Source: Balanoglossus misakiensis
Taxonomy: Eukaryota > Animalia > Hemichordata
Direction of reading: 5' to 3'
Assembly (NCBI GenBank): GCA_040954595.2
Contig: CM082576.2
Coordinates: 14,325,129 to 14,389,128 of the forward strand
DNA length: 64,000 nucleotides
The position numbers were made by a program, and so were the translations under genes. The first letter of the stretch is position 1. Each line of letters starts with the position of its first letter. The notes below the pieces were generated by a model. The model searched no databases. It saw only the letters and a list, made by a program, of their open reading frames with translations, and was not told where the DNA came from. Of this stretch, positions 1-14,828 are shown in pieces.

Positions 1-2462
1 GTAATGTTATTTGTAGTCCCCGCAGTCTCTTGGGGGAATTTATAGATTTGATTTTTTCTGTTATCAACCATCCATCCATCGGGTTGTCTCTCAGTCAGAC
101 TCTCTCACGTACACCTCCAAGTTTTCTACACTGCCTGGTCTTGATCTCTTTTGTATGATGATGTGATATAAACACGTGTATCTAGCTACACAAAGCTAGG
201 CGTGGTCTGTGCTAGCGGGGGAATTCATTTTCGACTGTCAACAACTTTGAAACTTTGAGAAGAGTATCACTTTTAACACAACCCTGATCAAAATCCAAAT
301 ATACATGACTGGGCGAATGTGTCCGATTCACACTTCTGATGCAAACTGTAGTGTACTTATTTAGACAGATGACACTAATCAGGAGAGTTAAGTTTCAGAA
401 AAAGAGTGTTTATAGGCCAAACCATTTTTGACGGAGGAGAATGCAAAATACATCTTCGCGATGACCAGTAGCTGTACGTCGTGGTCGTTGAGGGCGTGCA
501 ACTTCGCAGATACGCAGCATGGGCAAACCTGGAACTGGTACTGGTGACAGAGAAATATTTGCCTCAAGGAAGGTTTACAAATATTTGACACCCGGATAGG
601 CCACATTTGCACTAAAATACATTAAACGAGTCGACTTTTCAATCGGGGAAAAAACATAAGTTGATGACTCCATGTTGTTTTGAGAAAGCAGCGCAAACAT
701 TTTCACATATTAAAGATGGTATTTTTGGCAATCTGATTAAAATCGGATGTAGAGGGCTCTATCTGTACTTTCGATGGTTGTGTTGCGTTGTGTTTTGTTG
801 TGGTGTGGTCTTTTCTGTTCTCGGATGTCCCCCACACTACATTTGGTGTTAATCAGATTGATATTTTGATGCATGGATGACATTTGTTGAGCAGCTATAC
901 AAAGAACAATACCGAGATCGACATGACATTGTGGTCATTTGCCCGGTATTGAGTTGAAACAAAACTTCCAAATGTAAGCTTTAAGGTAGATTAATAAATT
1001 TATTTTAATGGACAGGTATAGATAGTAGTGAAATGATATACTTAGTTCTATACTTTTACAGTAAATAGTTTATTGATTTTTCAAGGCCATCACATAAGTG
1101 CCAATAATCAGAACATCGCGATATGAACACCACAACTCTAGATGATTCGTGGTATTGGAAAATGGGCAGTACCTCAGAACCCTGTTACTAGTAACCGTGC
1201 TCAGAATGAAAAACAACAGCTATGACGGGGTGAAGCATCGGTAAACGCCTTGCGCAGGTACGTGTGCGTAATGCAAAATCGACTACCGCGGTGTTTGGAA
1301 TGAAACTGCCGGGTCACGCAGAGCCACGGCGCGATCGAATGGCGTTTATTTTTCTCATATTGGACACAAAGAGGGGAATTAAAAGGTGGTCGTCCTAGAC
1401 ACCAGTCAGACTCAGCTCGTCTGGAAACTTGGATACACGCGATTGGTTGCCTTGTGTTTTCTATTACATAAGGTATAAATCCCGTCGTTCTTCATGCCTA
1501 CCTTCCCAAATGGCATGTAATCTATCGAAACACAATCTAATATGAGGATGTGTTCTCATTGTTACACCGTCTGCTTTCACTATGGTTTGTGAAGCGCAAC
1601 AAAAAAACAACCAACAAAAGCACTGATACTCGTAAGAGTAGACAAAGATATATGATTACAAAAGGTCTGTTGTTTAATCCAAGTTGTTGATGTCTGAAAC
1701 CATCTTTATTGAAGACTTTCTCCAGGGGTGCAGTGTCTCACATAGAATATCGGCTTGGGGCGATGACCATCGTGAGCCTGTTTTGCTATTCTGACCATAT
1801 CGTGAAGTTGAAATGGCCTAATCTCAAACTAAGATCTTTAAGTGTCTCTAGTGATGATACCATGTCAATTTACAGAATATTTTCTGGGGTAATTTAAGAT
1901 AGCAAATTTATATGCATGGTGATCACGTACCTCATTGCACGTATGTGTGCATATTTCCATGATTTTAATTCAAAGGAATAGAATCTCATGCACAAATGCT
2001 TACCGAGGGAGCGAAATTTGTTTTTGATTAAAGTTTGCGGATAGCACACTGCTAAAAAACTTTAATAATAATTGTACAAAGATTGATTGAGTAAGCTGAA
2101 ATATATGTATTTTTGTCTAAAATGGCGTGATAAACTATACTGTGAATCTTTATGCACCCGAGATAAACCTGAGAACAAGTATATTACATCACACGTTTGG
2201 TTAATTCATAATTAGTCCGTGAGTGTAATTAACCAGAGATCACCCACTGCATGGTTATTATTTTTATTTTGTCATTTTATTTAAAAGCACACCTAATGAA
2301 TCTTTTCAAATAGTCTTTCCAGAACTAAGAAAGGATTTATATTTGTACAACAGGAAACTTAGCAGGTGTCTGACTTGTAACTTGTCATGAATTTAAAATT
2401 ACATGTATCACACAAAACTATGGGCAGCGAATGACAAACACATTAAATGTTAAAATGCGTTA

Positions 2463-2764
2463 GGCCAAAGTAAGTGAATTCTTTGTGTTGCGTTCATTCC
2501 GGCGTATGTTTTTGTTGCTGTTTTTCAAATTCGAATACATAATTCCACCTATAGTATTTTCTGGCAATGATACTTTGTGGCAAATGTTACAGTTTGAAAG
2601 AGGAAAAAACGGTGGTCACTATTTTGAATCGTAAATTGACACGCATGAATAAAGTACATGTGTACTCGCATGTATTATTTGTGGGGGATTTCTGCTGCTT
2701 CTATCCGCGTACCGGTCAGAAGTATACGAAGGACGCAAAACCAACTTAATTAACTTACTTTGGC
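2463..2764. mobile_element. Non-autonomous DNA transposon (MITE), Harbinger-like
   Basis: Terminal inverted repeat GCCAAAGTAAGTGAATT ... AATTAACTTACTTTGGC (16/17 match), TTA on the left flank, no coding capacity; right-hand TSD is degraded. Confidence 0.5.
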
Positions 2765-3935
2765 ATTCTTAAACTTAAACCAGGCCATCACGAATCGCGT
2801 CATAACTCAATTATTAAAATGTCACTTTTTGTCATTCAAATTGAACTAACACATGACCCATTCGTGAAACTCCTACATAATGTGTACATAAATGTGTCTT
2901 TAACACAAAATGAGAAAAGTAATTCTATCTTTAATTGACATGCGCATTTTGTTCAGGTCTTAAACGAAATGAAATCTAATTATATGGGTTTTATTTTTCT
3001 TGAGAAACTCATAACAAGAACCATATTTCGGAGCTATGTTTTTATAAACTACGAGATTGTCATCGAAATGCGATAATCTTACATACCCTAATTGATATAA
3101 ATACATTATATTTACTCTAATTGACATGATGTGTGCAATAGGCAGTTCTTGCAGTTCCATTCAAATCGTAGGACAACTTAAACGAGACGCATTTTCTGTA
3201 GATGTTGCCGCAATTAACGCGTCTCCGAAACAGACACCCGTGAAAGATTGACAACATGATATACATACCTCTAAAGTTGGAGGTATTTTTAACGATATGC
3301 TGTCAGTGTAAACTATAGGAAAATCGTAGTGGTTGCAGTTATTGCAGGGTTGGCATGCAGGACATCAGTTGTTACTAATACATTGTATATCTCAGCCAAA
3401 AACGTGACAGAATACTTCGTGACGGATTTGAAAAAATGTACGTGTCATTGTCAGAAAATGAGTTCGTAAATAAATATATATACATGTATATTAGTGATAG
3501 AAACAAGAAACTTAATTTTAACGTAGAGTCGAACAAAAACACTAGTTGTTATGTGTAAAAAATGCACAGACTGAGGAATTATCAAATTATATCGCGTTGA
3601 AATGATTTACCAACATCAAAAGTAATTTGCCTGGTAAAGCACTGCATGGTCTGGCGACAGACCAATATATGCAAAGTTGTCTCTTGTCAAAAATATGTCA
3701 CCTCAGAAGAAAAAAAATATTTTCTTGCACTTCTAAAGGAATCGTATTGAGCTTAGTAAAATATTTTATAAATCATCCCTTTCAAATATAAATGTTCAGC
3801 ACAATGCCGACAAAGAAATTATTTGAAAATAAATAGATACTGCGACTGGGCTTTGATTGTGGATAGCGCAATGGAATTTGGTGAGGAAAGCGCCACGGTC
3901 GCAAGCGCGCGAGTCCACCCTTATCCGGGAATGTT

Positions 3936-6900
3936 TTACACACGCGGAGCAGTCAGCTTTGTGCGATAGTTTTCATTCACTTCTTCCACCTCCGTGATCT
4001 GGAGCTCGCCGTCTTCGGCCGGAGCCACTTTGACCACCGTTGTCGTGGCCTCCGCCGGGCAGCACATGATGATCAGTCGGTAGCCCTGAAGCATGAGCAT
4101 CAGGACGTTCTTGCAGGTGAAAAACAGCATGGTCTGGTTGATGGCCCTGAAGTGGATCATCAGGTACAGGCGCATCGCTAGGAACGGACCGTCCTGCATC
4201 AGGGACGTGATGAGGATGCCGCGCACCTCGGTCGGGTACTTGACGTGGCAGCACTTTCTCCTGCCGGCCGTGTTGCCCTGCTGCTTATCGCTGGTCGCCG
4301 TCAGCACCAGCGCGAACTGCAGCATGCTCAGCGAGGCGATGACCAGAATGAGGTGCACCAGCAGTCGGTTGCACCTGACCACCGGTTCGGACAGCGCTTC
4401 CGTGGAGAACTCCAAGATGTCGGACGCCATGGCGATGTACACCAGCAGCAGCGTGGACAGCTGTTCTCGCGTCAGCCCGCCCTTGGGCAAGAACCAGCGG
4501 CCGATAATCAGGAAGCACAACCAGAGCTGCTCCAGCGCCAAAGTCCAGAAGTCGTCCGTCAACTCCACGGGCACCGTTATCTGCCAAAAGGAAGGGAGAA
4601 GAAAGTAATCTAACTGTTACAAAAATGTGCATTTTTTCTCTGCAAATCGCATGAAGCAAAATCTAACAGTTTCATTGGTATTTTGTATACCATTGGTATT
4701 TTTTATACCAGGTTTCCCAGTAATATATGTTCAAATAAGTTGTGATTTCCCTGACTTCCAATCGGAAGGCCAAACATTAAACTGCTACTTCATGAATGCA
4801 TGAACTAATTCTTCTGTTGAATTTTTTACCAAGAAGGTTGCGAATTTGCTGATACTAGTAGTCCGTACAACAAAAGATGCAGAATGAGATAAATTCAGGA
4901 GCTGACGAAGATGTTGATGCATTGAGTCACGGTGAAACGCGGAGATCGCAAAGAACGGGAAATTTGGATGGGTGAATACATGTACTGACTCCCCCAACCT
5001 GCTGATTACTACCACATGGTCGACCCCCGTGAGAATCTAGTCATGGTTATGGCCATAGAAGTATGATATAGCTTTTAGTATAAATAAGCTCCAAGACAGT
5101 GGCCATGGTATACTGCCCGCTATGGTCTACGACTGTATAAACCAAAGAGTCTTGATCCTTGTACAATATAAGCTTATATGTGAGTGTATTGTGCGTATAG
5201 TGTATAAATCCGTTTTTTTTCTGCAGGATAGGAACATTCGACTTTCGTTGACTTTTTTCTTAATCCGCGTTACCCCGAAACGTTTGAACCCCTTTAGGGC
5301 CGCCGCATTGAAGGGCTTTGTAAAACTGGAGCAGTGTATATGCTTCTGTCTCGCCATTATATGTTTTAAACCCACTGTAAGTTGGCACCACTCCATGTAA
5401 TGTTAAATGGAGAAACTTGCCTGTTGTGACTGTTGTCGAGTGGTCATTCAAGAATTCCGAGAGAACAAAAGGCGTTAATGGAGTTAGCTTAATATATAAT
5501 CCCTGGGTCAAAAGAGGTCACAAAACCAGCTGCGATGCGCTGGCGTGGAACTACACGCACAGGTACATGATGTATTTCACCAGTGACAGTGTACTGACGA
5601 TATATTTGTACTGTACTTTGGCCTAGATGTAACTGAATGAATTCGAAATGACTTTCTGTTGTTTTATTATAGTACAAGTGTAGCTGGGTTGACGACTGTG
5701 CATTACCTTTGTTGTCGTCATGCCAGAAGAAAATGGCCCGTGTTGAGTAGCTGCCGTGTATTCTGAACCACGATTTGTAACCCGATAAGGGAATGCGTGG
5801 GTACACAATAGACTTCCCATTTCTGTGTTTGCAATACTGCAGCACTGACAAACAAATCCCACGAATTTCTCACTCGAATAAATAAGTCCACCGTATCTGG
5901 GCAATTACCTCTGATCATGACGCTTTTTTTGAAACTTGGTGACAATTGTTTTTTTTTAATTCAAAAAGCGTTGACGTGGTTGTTCAAAGTTGTTCATAAT
6001 CTCATATTGCCTATGGTCATATTACAAACATGTCGCGGTCAGCACAACACGCGTTCACGATATAAAAACAAAATCACCAAACGGCAAAAGAAACTAAAGA
6101 TGTATCGATGGCAAAATCAAGACGTATCCTGAATACGTACATGTACCACTATGTTGAATCGTGACACTGGTAGAGACTATTCTGTGAACACGGAAACGGA
6201 CACGGCAGACATTGTACCGTCTCGCCGCCATTGTACGAACAGTGAATGGGGTGTTCTTTCTGAGAGTAGATTTAGAACGGGCTTCACATTGAGTGACCGC
6301 ATTCGCTCAGAACGTGCATGGAACAAAAGAAAGAACTCGGTAGGAAATGACGGAGGGAAAGATATCATATATTGCAGTACATTTTGTCTTTGAAGTTTCG
6401 TGTACGAAATAGCATTCACAATTATAGACCAAAACTCAAATCCCGATGGCAATGGTAAAGATGTGGTTTGTCTTTAAATCACACGTAAACGGTTATTGGT
6501 TAGCAAAATCATAAATGAAATATTTGCAATAAAACACGTCGTCATAGCTTTTCATAGAGGCCGTAGAGATTCTTCGTTTGACGACAAAGGGGTCTCGATT
6601 TTTTAGTGCCTGGTCTACAAGTCTCAGCACATTCTGGCCACTTATCTACTCGTAGTTTGTCGACGCAAGGAGGCTTGTGCTTGAAGTGTACACGATTGAT
6701 TAAACAAATGTCTGGTTGGCACTGGCTCGTGAACTGTAAATCACGTACGATGGATTAAACATATGTATTTTTGAAAAATTATCATTTTGAGTCGACTGAT
6801 CGAGAACAGCCCAGCTCTACGGTAAAACGGACGCGCACTGTTATTTCCCTCATCGTTATAATGTAAGAACGTAATAAAGAGACATTGCTGTTGTTCTTTC

Positions 6901-9900
6901 TCCCGCATTTCACAAGCTAGACGAGCACGTTTCACGTATATGTTAGGCTCTTCACAAACCATTAACGTGGGAGAACGGCAAACAGATATCAAGAGGTGGG
7001 TCACAGCGTGGCGTTTGTTGGCAGGTAGCCGCATATGTAACTAAGCGCGGCGACTCTTCATAGCCGGACGCGGCCTTTGTTATTGTATTGCCATGACATC
7101 TCCGTTGCTAACCCCCCCCCCCCCCACCTCCACCACATTCATTGCATTCTACACCTATCAACAGACTTTATCGTTTGGTTTTGTGAAGATTGAAGTGAAT
7201 TGTTTCGAGAGTAAGACATTGTCGTAGAAGACATTGTTCGCGTTGCCTTATGCGAATTACCATGGCAAGAAAAGCATTGAGTCTGGGTATTTTGTGGTAC
7301 CAGCCAGTTGAATACACGTTGCATAATGCATAGTGATGTATGCTCGACACATTTTGTCAGCCCAACTAGTATGTGCAAATCGTCATTAATTTTGTTGTTT
7401 ATTCACGTAATAAAATGTTACTAGTATTTTCTGCCAATAAAATCACCCGTCTATCTTTGAATGTCTGGAGTTCGGTCAGCATTTTTCATTCGTTGGTTTA
7501 TGATACTGCGACAAAAAAAATCAATAAATAAACCTTGCTTCGTGACGAAGACTGAATGGGGACACCCAAGAAGTAAAGCATGGGGTTCGTCGGTTCAGAC
7601 CATTACTAATATACGAGCGAGGGATATAATAGAGACCCCCCCCCCCCTTCCACCAGTATTGAAGACAGACGCATATAACAGACTGTAAGTAACTCATAAA
7701 TTTTGTAATGCTATCACCCATTGAAGACAATCCCCTGTTGTTCGCTAGTGTGTGACTGTGTTTCTTGGTTATTGGTGCGCGACAATACTGGGATCGAATA
7801 ACAGGTGGTAGATTTCAAACTTACAAGAACGACGACCGGAAACGAGTAACAAATTCACCCCCCCCCCCCCACGCGCACACACGGTGGAATGATAATCACA
7901 TATCTACAATTATAGAGAAATTTTCGACGCTAGTGCATCATTCACAACTGGCGGAGAGAAAGTGACCGAGACACCTGGAATTTAACATTATTTTACAATT
8001 ATGTCAAAATGCCTGTCTCACGCACGCTATTATGATGTTAGCACATTCTTTGTGTATTTTGTATGTAACGATGGTTACAGTGGACCCCCTGCCCTCCCAT
8101 AAAAGCGTGTACGTTACACTGGCAACTTGTGTTGACTTTCGGAAATCCCCGTCAATGGCGCACAGAAAACGATTTTAAAGGGAACGTGTTATTCTAACCC
8201 TTCACCTGTACCTGCTGGTGATGTCAAGAACGTTTGGTTGAAAGTCAAGTGTTCTGAATTCGCCAATCTCTGACATCTTTGTCTGACTTTGTCCCTTGAC
8301 AGAGGCCAAGGCGGTCCAAGGAGCTAACCACAGTCTACGGTGTACCCATATCTCTTCACCGGTATAACTTACCAGGTAGCACTGTATACATTTTCAAATT
8401 ACTTGTTTGAAATTTTTGCCTGAATGGCTTCCAGATATAGTGTTCGGTATAGCTGTCACACATGACTATTCACCGAGCCACTGACCCAATCGTAATGATG
8501 TTGTAAACATGGGCTACTAGTTCTACACCCGCCAGCCTCAGGTGTTTACTGGTGGCGGTGTCAACAAGCCACTTACGTATATCCTGCATGGCAGGACTGA
8601 AAGATTAAAGTCGAGTCGTGGCTGTATGGGGACAGATTTTCAACAAAGTTGGTAGTTCTCCAAACCTTTTTTAATGTTTTGATATATTAAAGCCCCAGTA
8701 ACTCGTGCCACATGATATGATGTCGCCATGGACACACCTGCACGCTGTAACAAAACCGCCAAGTGGGAGTAACATTCCTGGGGTGAAGATTGTAATTACG
8801 CCGGCGAATCACATAATTTGACTCAATTTGCGGGCAGTCAGGGCAGAGATTTACGGGAGTGTGCCCGCAGGCTGTTGGCCACTGTTTTACCAACGCAACA
8901 TCGCAAGCCGACGTGATCATGCGTAGTTTGATGGCCGTGTTTATCACCTCCGAACAATTGTCAATTTACGAGGACGCAGAATAAATGATGCAATCAAACT
9001 CGTATACAGTTTAATTTATTGCGATGACTTCTTCAAAGCTCAGTTTTTCTCCCTTTCTCTCAAATAATGGCGGGCTCTGTCTCAATCCCCACTTTGTTAG
9101 CGTTGCCCGGTTCTCTGTGCATCGACGCTCCATAGCAGGGGAGACCAAACACACCACATTACTCTAACCGTATTTAGATTGTGTAAATCTAACTATAAAC
9201 TTAGAATGTGCAAGACTGCAGCTCCCGATATATATCTGTTAATTATCGCTATTCATTGGCTCACCTCAGTATAGAGCTAAACTTTATAAATTTCAAACAA
9301 AACTTTTTTTCAATTATCCCACTTTAGATCTACACAAATTTGCTAAAATATGCTATGTCTGCAAACTTAAACATCATTTGTAAACTTCTAAGTTAGTTTC
9401 TAAACTTTTTAAAAGAGTTCACGTGTAGTTAAAGATCGTCGAGATATTGATTTTATGACACACAGCCGAAGCCACCTCAAATCTCAAAAACAAGTTTGTT
9501 TCGTCAAAGTTTACATATTAAGGCCCCTGTAACAGGAAATCTATTGTAGTTCTTCCAGTGAAACTCTGGAGTATGATTTCCGGTTGGTACCAACAGACGA
9601 TGTTGCTGTTCTTTTATTCTTTTCTGAATGTTTATCTTCTCGAGTGTTTCCTTTTCTCGGGGGAAAAACTACGATTTAGACCAGAACATACTCTGGGGAT
9701 AAAGTTAGTGGCCCACAGCGCTAACAATAACGTCTTAGAAATTTAAGCCAAAATATTGCAATAAATTTAAGCCAAAAATATTGCAATATTTTTGTATTAC
9801 ATGTACATGAGAACGACTCTTTTTGCTGGTGTGTAGTGCACATCGTTGGTCGTCGTGTAACCCTTGTTCAAACAATGATAGGGACAATCAACACGGCAAA

Positions 9901-12121
9901 CAGCCGGGCCGAGTTCCCCAACACCCCATGCAGCTTCAAGTTTCCGAAAAAGTATTCGGGGAATGCTGGCTATAGGGATGTTTCCCGTCAAAATGACAGC
10001 CATCGTATACGGTTATTAACTCTTTCGGTGCGGTCAAGGCTGCAAGCTTTCTCTTTGCACAAAACACGGGGGAGATTTTCACAGGTGCGCGGATATGGAT
10101 ATACATTTTGCCGTGAGTTTGTCAACTGGCGATTTTTAATACGTATACTTAGTCATAGTACAGTTTTGACCAAAGACCACATTATAATGAATGGAACCGA
10201 AACTGAAGTGGACTGGTTGTCAAATTATCGCACCAAATTCAACTGTTATCCCATTCCGAGCTTAAAGTTCGGGTCAACAGCTGAAGACTTAATCCCAAGT
10301 CTGTGATTTGTATGTTTTCTTTTCATACAAACCGTTTCAATGGGTGTTGACGCGATAAGTGGCGTGAGAGCGATACAGGGGGTTTCCCCTGGAATCATCC
10401 GGCAGAAACTACACTACTGCGCAGACTCAAGCGTAGTAACGCGTTCGATTGCTATGAAAAGCTGCCCTGAGTAGTTTGTATGGCACTTGAATAAAAAAAA
10501 AGACATACGAAAATCTGTTGGAAAATCTATTAATTCATCCGATTGGATCAAGCCCAGTCAACAGCAGCAACTGTACATATACATATAATCAAGGTAATTA
10601 AAGCCCCATGCATTAGATGCTACTCGATAAAAAATAATCTCCGATATGCTTTTAATTCCGTCTATTTCCTGAAATCATATCAAGAAAACACATATATATG
10701 ACAAAATAACCAAAAAATAAAAAATAAATATCAGTACAGTCGAAAATTCCTGCATTTTTAGCTCATAGGGCTTTAAACACCGAGTTCCCAGCCATCCCCA
10801 CTCCCAGAATCCATAATGAATTCAAAATACTTACTCCCTGCAAATCGGATAGACCTGATGAGTTTGTGTGGAGTTCGCTGTTCTCAAAATCACAAGTCTT
10901 CAAATTATTTTCTTCTCTGTATTGGATCCGCTCTTCCAATAACTCCACTTCCAGCATGTAGACAGCCGGGATTGTACAACATAGATAGAGAAATATACTT
11001 GGACACACCCTGGATGTGCACAAATGCGAAAGGAAAAATGCATGTATTTAACTGGTGTAACCGTTGTGTGCATTGCAATACGGAAGGATTTGTGCCCAGC
11101 TCAACCAGTTCAAATAGTAAACAACATCGACTCTGCAATTGAAAGCATTCTTGGACTAGCCGTTGTCAATGTTACGCACTGCGAGTATTTGGTGCCATAC
11201 AAAAAAAGTTGGGCATTGTGATTGGCACAGAAAAATCGTACAATGGGCACTTCTTTCCCGATCGCCACTCAAATAGTACTGCAGTATTACACACGACACC
11301 CGCCGACAGGGATAGTGCAATGCACGACTTGTCGTCCCACGTGTATGAATGCAAAATGATAAGGACTGTTTACCGAGTGCCAAAATACAGCCCCTTGCTC
11401 TATCTCTCGGTTTACATGAGAACATAGTATACACACTAAACTTTTCACTGCCAGCGCTGTAATTGCATACATCATGTACGCGGTCGACGAAGGTAGAAAC
11501 TTGCAAATTTGTCATTTAGGATTCTGATCTAATTAGGGACTGTTTACATGTATACCAAATGAAGCAATTGTTATTTCTTCATACTGGATACTGCATCAGT
11601 ATATGTCTGTGTCTGTCTACATCTTGAAAATCCCCAAAACAAATGCGTCGACATTTACAATAGTATAGAGCCATCCGATACGGTGTCAGTAGGCAGGCGA
11701 GAAAATTTAAGTCGAGAAGTAACTTATAGTAATTTGTGCCCAGTAGCCCCCTGTTTAGTTTCCGAAGTCTAATGAAATTAGAAAATACATCGGAAGCTTA
11801 TATTAACTGAATTAAACTATATCAACTGCATGCGCAGATATATTCAAGGCAGTGTCTCGTCTCCGTACATTTCCACTGAAAGCAAACAATATGGTATCGA
11901 CTTAATGACGTTTTAAGAACTCACCACTTCCATTCTCCCTTCTCTTTGGTGTACTTCATGGTCCAGACGAACTCGATCGGGAGAAGCGCAATAGGTATGA
12001 TGACGACCCAGAAGACGGGGTTTTCGTGCACGTCCGTTAGTCTCCACACGCAGACGAACCCGTGAACGAAGTACAAAAGTCTTGCCAAAAATCCTTTCAC
12101 GATGCTGATCACAATAGCCAT
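3936..12121 (-). CDS. TMEM26: TMEM26-like multi-pass membrane protein, paralog 1 (3 exons, ~338 aa)
   Basis: Exons 12121-11925 (MAIVISIVKGFLARLLYFVHG...KGEWKW; donor GTGAGT), 11009-10835 (VCPSIFLYLCCTIPAVYMLE...; CAG / GTAAGT) and 4580-3936 (...LEQLWLCFLIIGRWFLPKGGLTREQLSTLLLVYIAMASDILEF...QDGPFLAMRL...FFTCKN). Phases join in frame (197+175+645 nt). GRWxLP, LSxLLLxY, DIxEF, QDGPFLxxR and FFTxKN are TMEM26 family motifs. Confidence 0.9.
10602..10772. mobile_element. Short TTAA-flanked MITE (Kolobok/piggyBac-type TSD)
   Basis: TTAA-AGCCCCATG ... CATAGGGCT-TTAA; lies in intron 2 of TMEM26 paralog 1. Confidence 0.45.
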
Positions 12122-14732
12122 TATCGTGGAACTCCCGAGAAACGAGACACAGGGGCGACGACGTTCGGCGATCTGTCTTCTATCGGAGCGGGGTCAGTTC
12201 TGAGCGGTGACTCCCAGAGTTCGGCGCTAAAAAAGTGAAGTTACATGATCTATGGCCCGTTTTACATTCTGTTTAAACAGGGTCTATAAGTTTGTCACGA
12301 TGTCCAAATATGCGCCACAAAGAAAAACTAAACAATAGCACCGGCCGATACAAAAGATGTGGTGTACTGTGGCGATGACCTAGATTGTAATGCGGACATT
12401 GTTTATTTGAATGAAATTAAACGAAACAAAATTATTAAACGAAATTTAATGTCAATTTTGTCGGAAATATATTTTAAGAGGACATCGCAAAAGTATCGAA
12501 ATTAATTGTCTTGTAGTCTTTCAAATCAACCGAAACTCGTTGACACATTATTGTCATGACAATAAAATACTTTGTGACCTTTCAGTGAACTTTTTAAACA
12601 ATTTGGACAATTAAAGTATTGGAGGATGTAAATCAGTATCTATGGGAACGATGTCGTCGAAGAAGACATTTCTGAAGTACGGCACTTTGTCAGCTTTCGC
12701 ACAAAATCACCAGATGGCGGGGATTGTAAGAAATGACCCAATGTTAGTCATAACCATTTGTTGGGGGTAGGAGGTGTTTATCTGCCAGTGGCGCAGGAAG
12801 TCAACCAGAACCAGCGTTTTACCCTTAGGCCATGTGCGTGTTCAGACGCATCCACATACATTAAAGCATGCAAGTGGGGGGAACGCATTCTTTCGGAAAA
12901 GCCAAAGATGAAAGTCGAGCGGGAGAGGGGGCGGTGTGAGATTGTGAGATTGTTTTGACACATATATAATTAACTTTTAGATTTGACAAATAATAAATCA
13001 AATTCATGTATTTCATACTTTTGGTTTTCATCAATTTTGCGAATTATACTTATCTTCGATAAAACGCGTGTCAACAAACAAAGGCGTGCATAGTTCTCAA
13101 AATACATTGTTCGTGTGCGCACAAGTTCACTTCAATCAAAAGATGTGGAATGATGCATCCCGGGTCGCGAGAGGGCGCTAGTGAGAAAAATTCTGAAGGC
13201 TCATCTTTGCTAGAATGGAAACACTTTCGGGGACAAGTCATTTGATTTGTCCGCTGTGTGAAAATAGTCTTTCGCTGATAACGCTTTCAATGAGTTTAGT
13301 CACTGTCACTGTGGTTAAGTTTAGTACGTGCATGTTGGCGAGACTTGCTCTTGAAACCTCTGCTCTTCAGTGGTTTGAGATGAGTCACGGTCATAGAGAC
13401 AACTTTTACCTTGTTTACAACGTATTATATTCTAGCGATTACATTACTAAAAACCGTCACAGTGGTCGGCCAGGAATTGTGTTCCTTTTTCTGATTCATG
13501 ATTCACGATAACTCATGCAAGCTCCTTCGACATCGGATCGGTTATGCAAGTATGGGTTTTCATAGACGCATTGAATTGACTGGTTTCGTCACCGTGTCTT
13601 GGAAACCGGCAGTAAATGCCACGTATGTGTCACGGATCAAGGACTTCCGCGCACTGCATGCTGCACGCCGTCGTAGTGGCATAAAGCATCTCAACGATGT
13701 AAGAGCTCTATAGAAGTACATGTAAATACAATTATTCAAAAGACAGTATATTACATCATAGTAATCGCCTAATTTGACCGTTTACAATCCAGTCACTGGC
13801 GAAAAAGCTATAGCATGCAATCAAATGTACGCAATTCAAATCGTTGCGGTAATATTCACTTGACCCGCACAAAAAACTTTTATTTTGACTAGTATTTAAA
13901 ACTTTCATTCTATGTATATGTCTCTTCGAAGTAGTCTCCATGTTTACCTCGACGTTACTGTGCCGTGTGGACTGACTTTCGCGATCACTCCACCGTCACG
14001 TGCACACCGAAACCAACTCATGCGTCTTCAAAGGCTAATTATACGCTGTCGATAACGGTTTTATTTAATTTGTAAGTCGAAGAGAATAAAACGGTATCGA
14101 CTTGAGCAAGTCCTATTCTCGTGATTCGCGATCGATTCATGTATTCTTTCACGCCGCCCTTTCTTGGGGTCAATCTCGTCCACATCTGGTGTGAAGACTC
14201 CCGGCTGTGCAATTCGACATTGTCTGACGATAAATGACGTCACCAACTATTTCACACTGACTCAGTCTCCTGCTATGAAGCCCGGTCCAAAACTCGCGCT
14301 ATTTTAATCGCCCCGCGCCATTGTTTTGACCAACTGGACCGTTTTGCATCAAGCACATACCAATCGCATTAGAATACCGGTGGCTCAGAATTGAATTAGC
14401 AGAGAATAGAGTGCCAATTTTAGGGCTTTTTTGTTAATGAGTTATGTAACCCCGATTTCAATCATCTCTGTCTTGTCATTGTTTATACCAGAGTTTATGG
14501 CATTCGGACTCGTCACACCGGGACTAACACAACTCTGTCACTTCTGCTACTGATAACTTCCATGTCCACAGCAAGCAACATACCCGAGGTAAACAACGCA
14601 AAAAAAAAAAACAACGGTGAGACAACAACAGCTTCTGGCGAAACAATGAATGGGCATCATTCTTTTTCATAGAAGTTCGTAATGGTGGTGCCATAGAAAC
14701 GACAACATACGATGTGGTGGCGCGGAGTACGC

Positions 14733-14828
14733 AAACACAACACAACAAAACAAAACAAAACAAAACAAAACAAAACAAAACAAAACAATACAAAACAAAG
14801 CAAAACACAACACAACACAACACAAAAC
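14733..14828. repeat. (AAAAC)n/(ACACA)n pentanucleotide microsatellite
   Basis: Directly visible tandem repeat. Confidence 0.95.

Noticed and set aside
10-960. Probable Helentron/HINE-like repeat remnants (also ~45580-45960 and ~58380-58540)
   Set aside because: The texture is suggestive but ends and family cannot be defined from single degraded copies.
3973-4659. Overlapping alternative-frame and antisense ORFs over TMEM26 exon 3 (likewise 16281-16985, 25226-25684, 60822-61382)
   Set aside because: Shadows of GC-rich coding sequence; no recognisable motifs of their own.
5400-9200. Assorted 60-120 aa ORFs and isolated splice-like signals in TMEM26 intron 2
   Set aside because: No domain similarity and no consistent exon chain; the host gene is complete without them.
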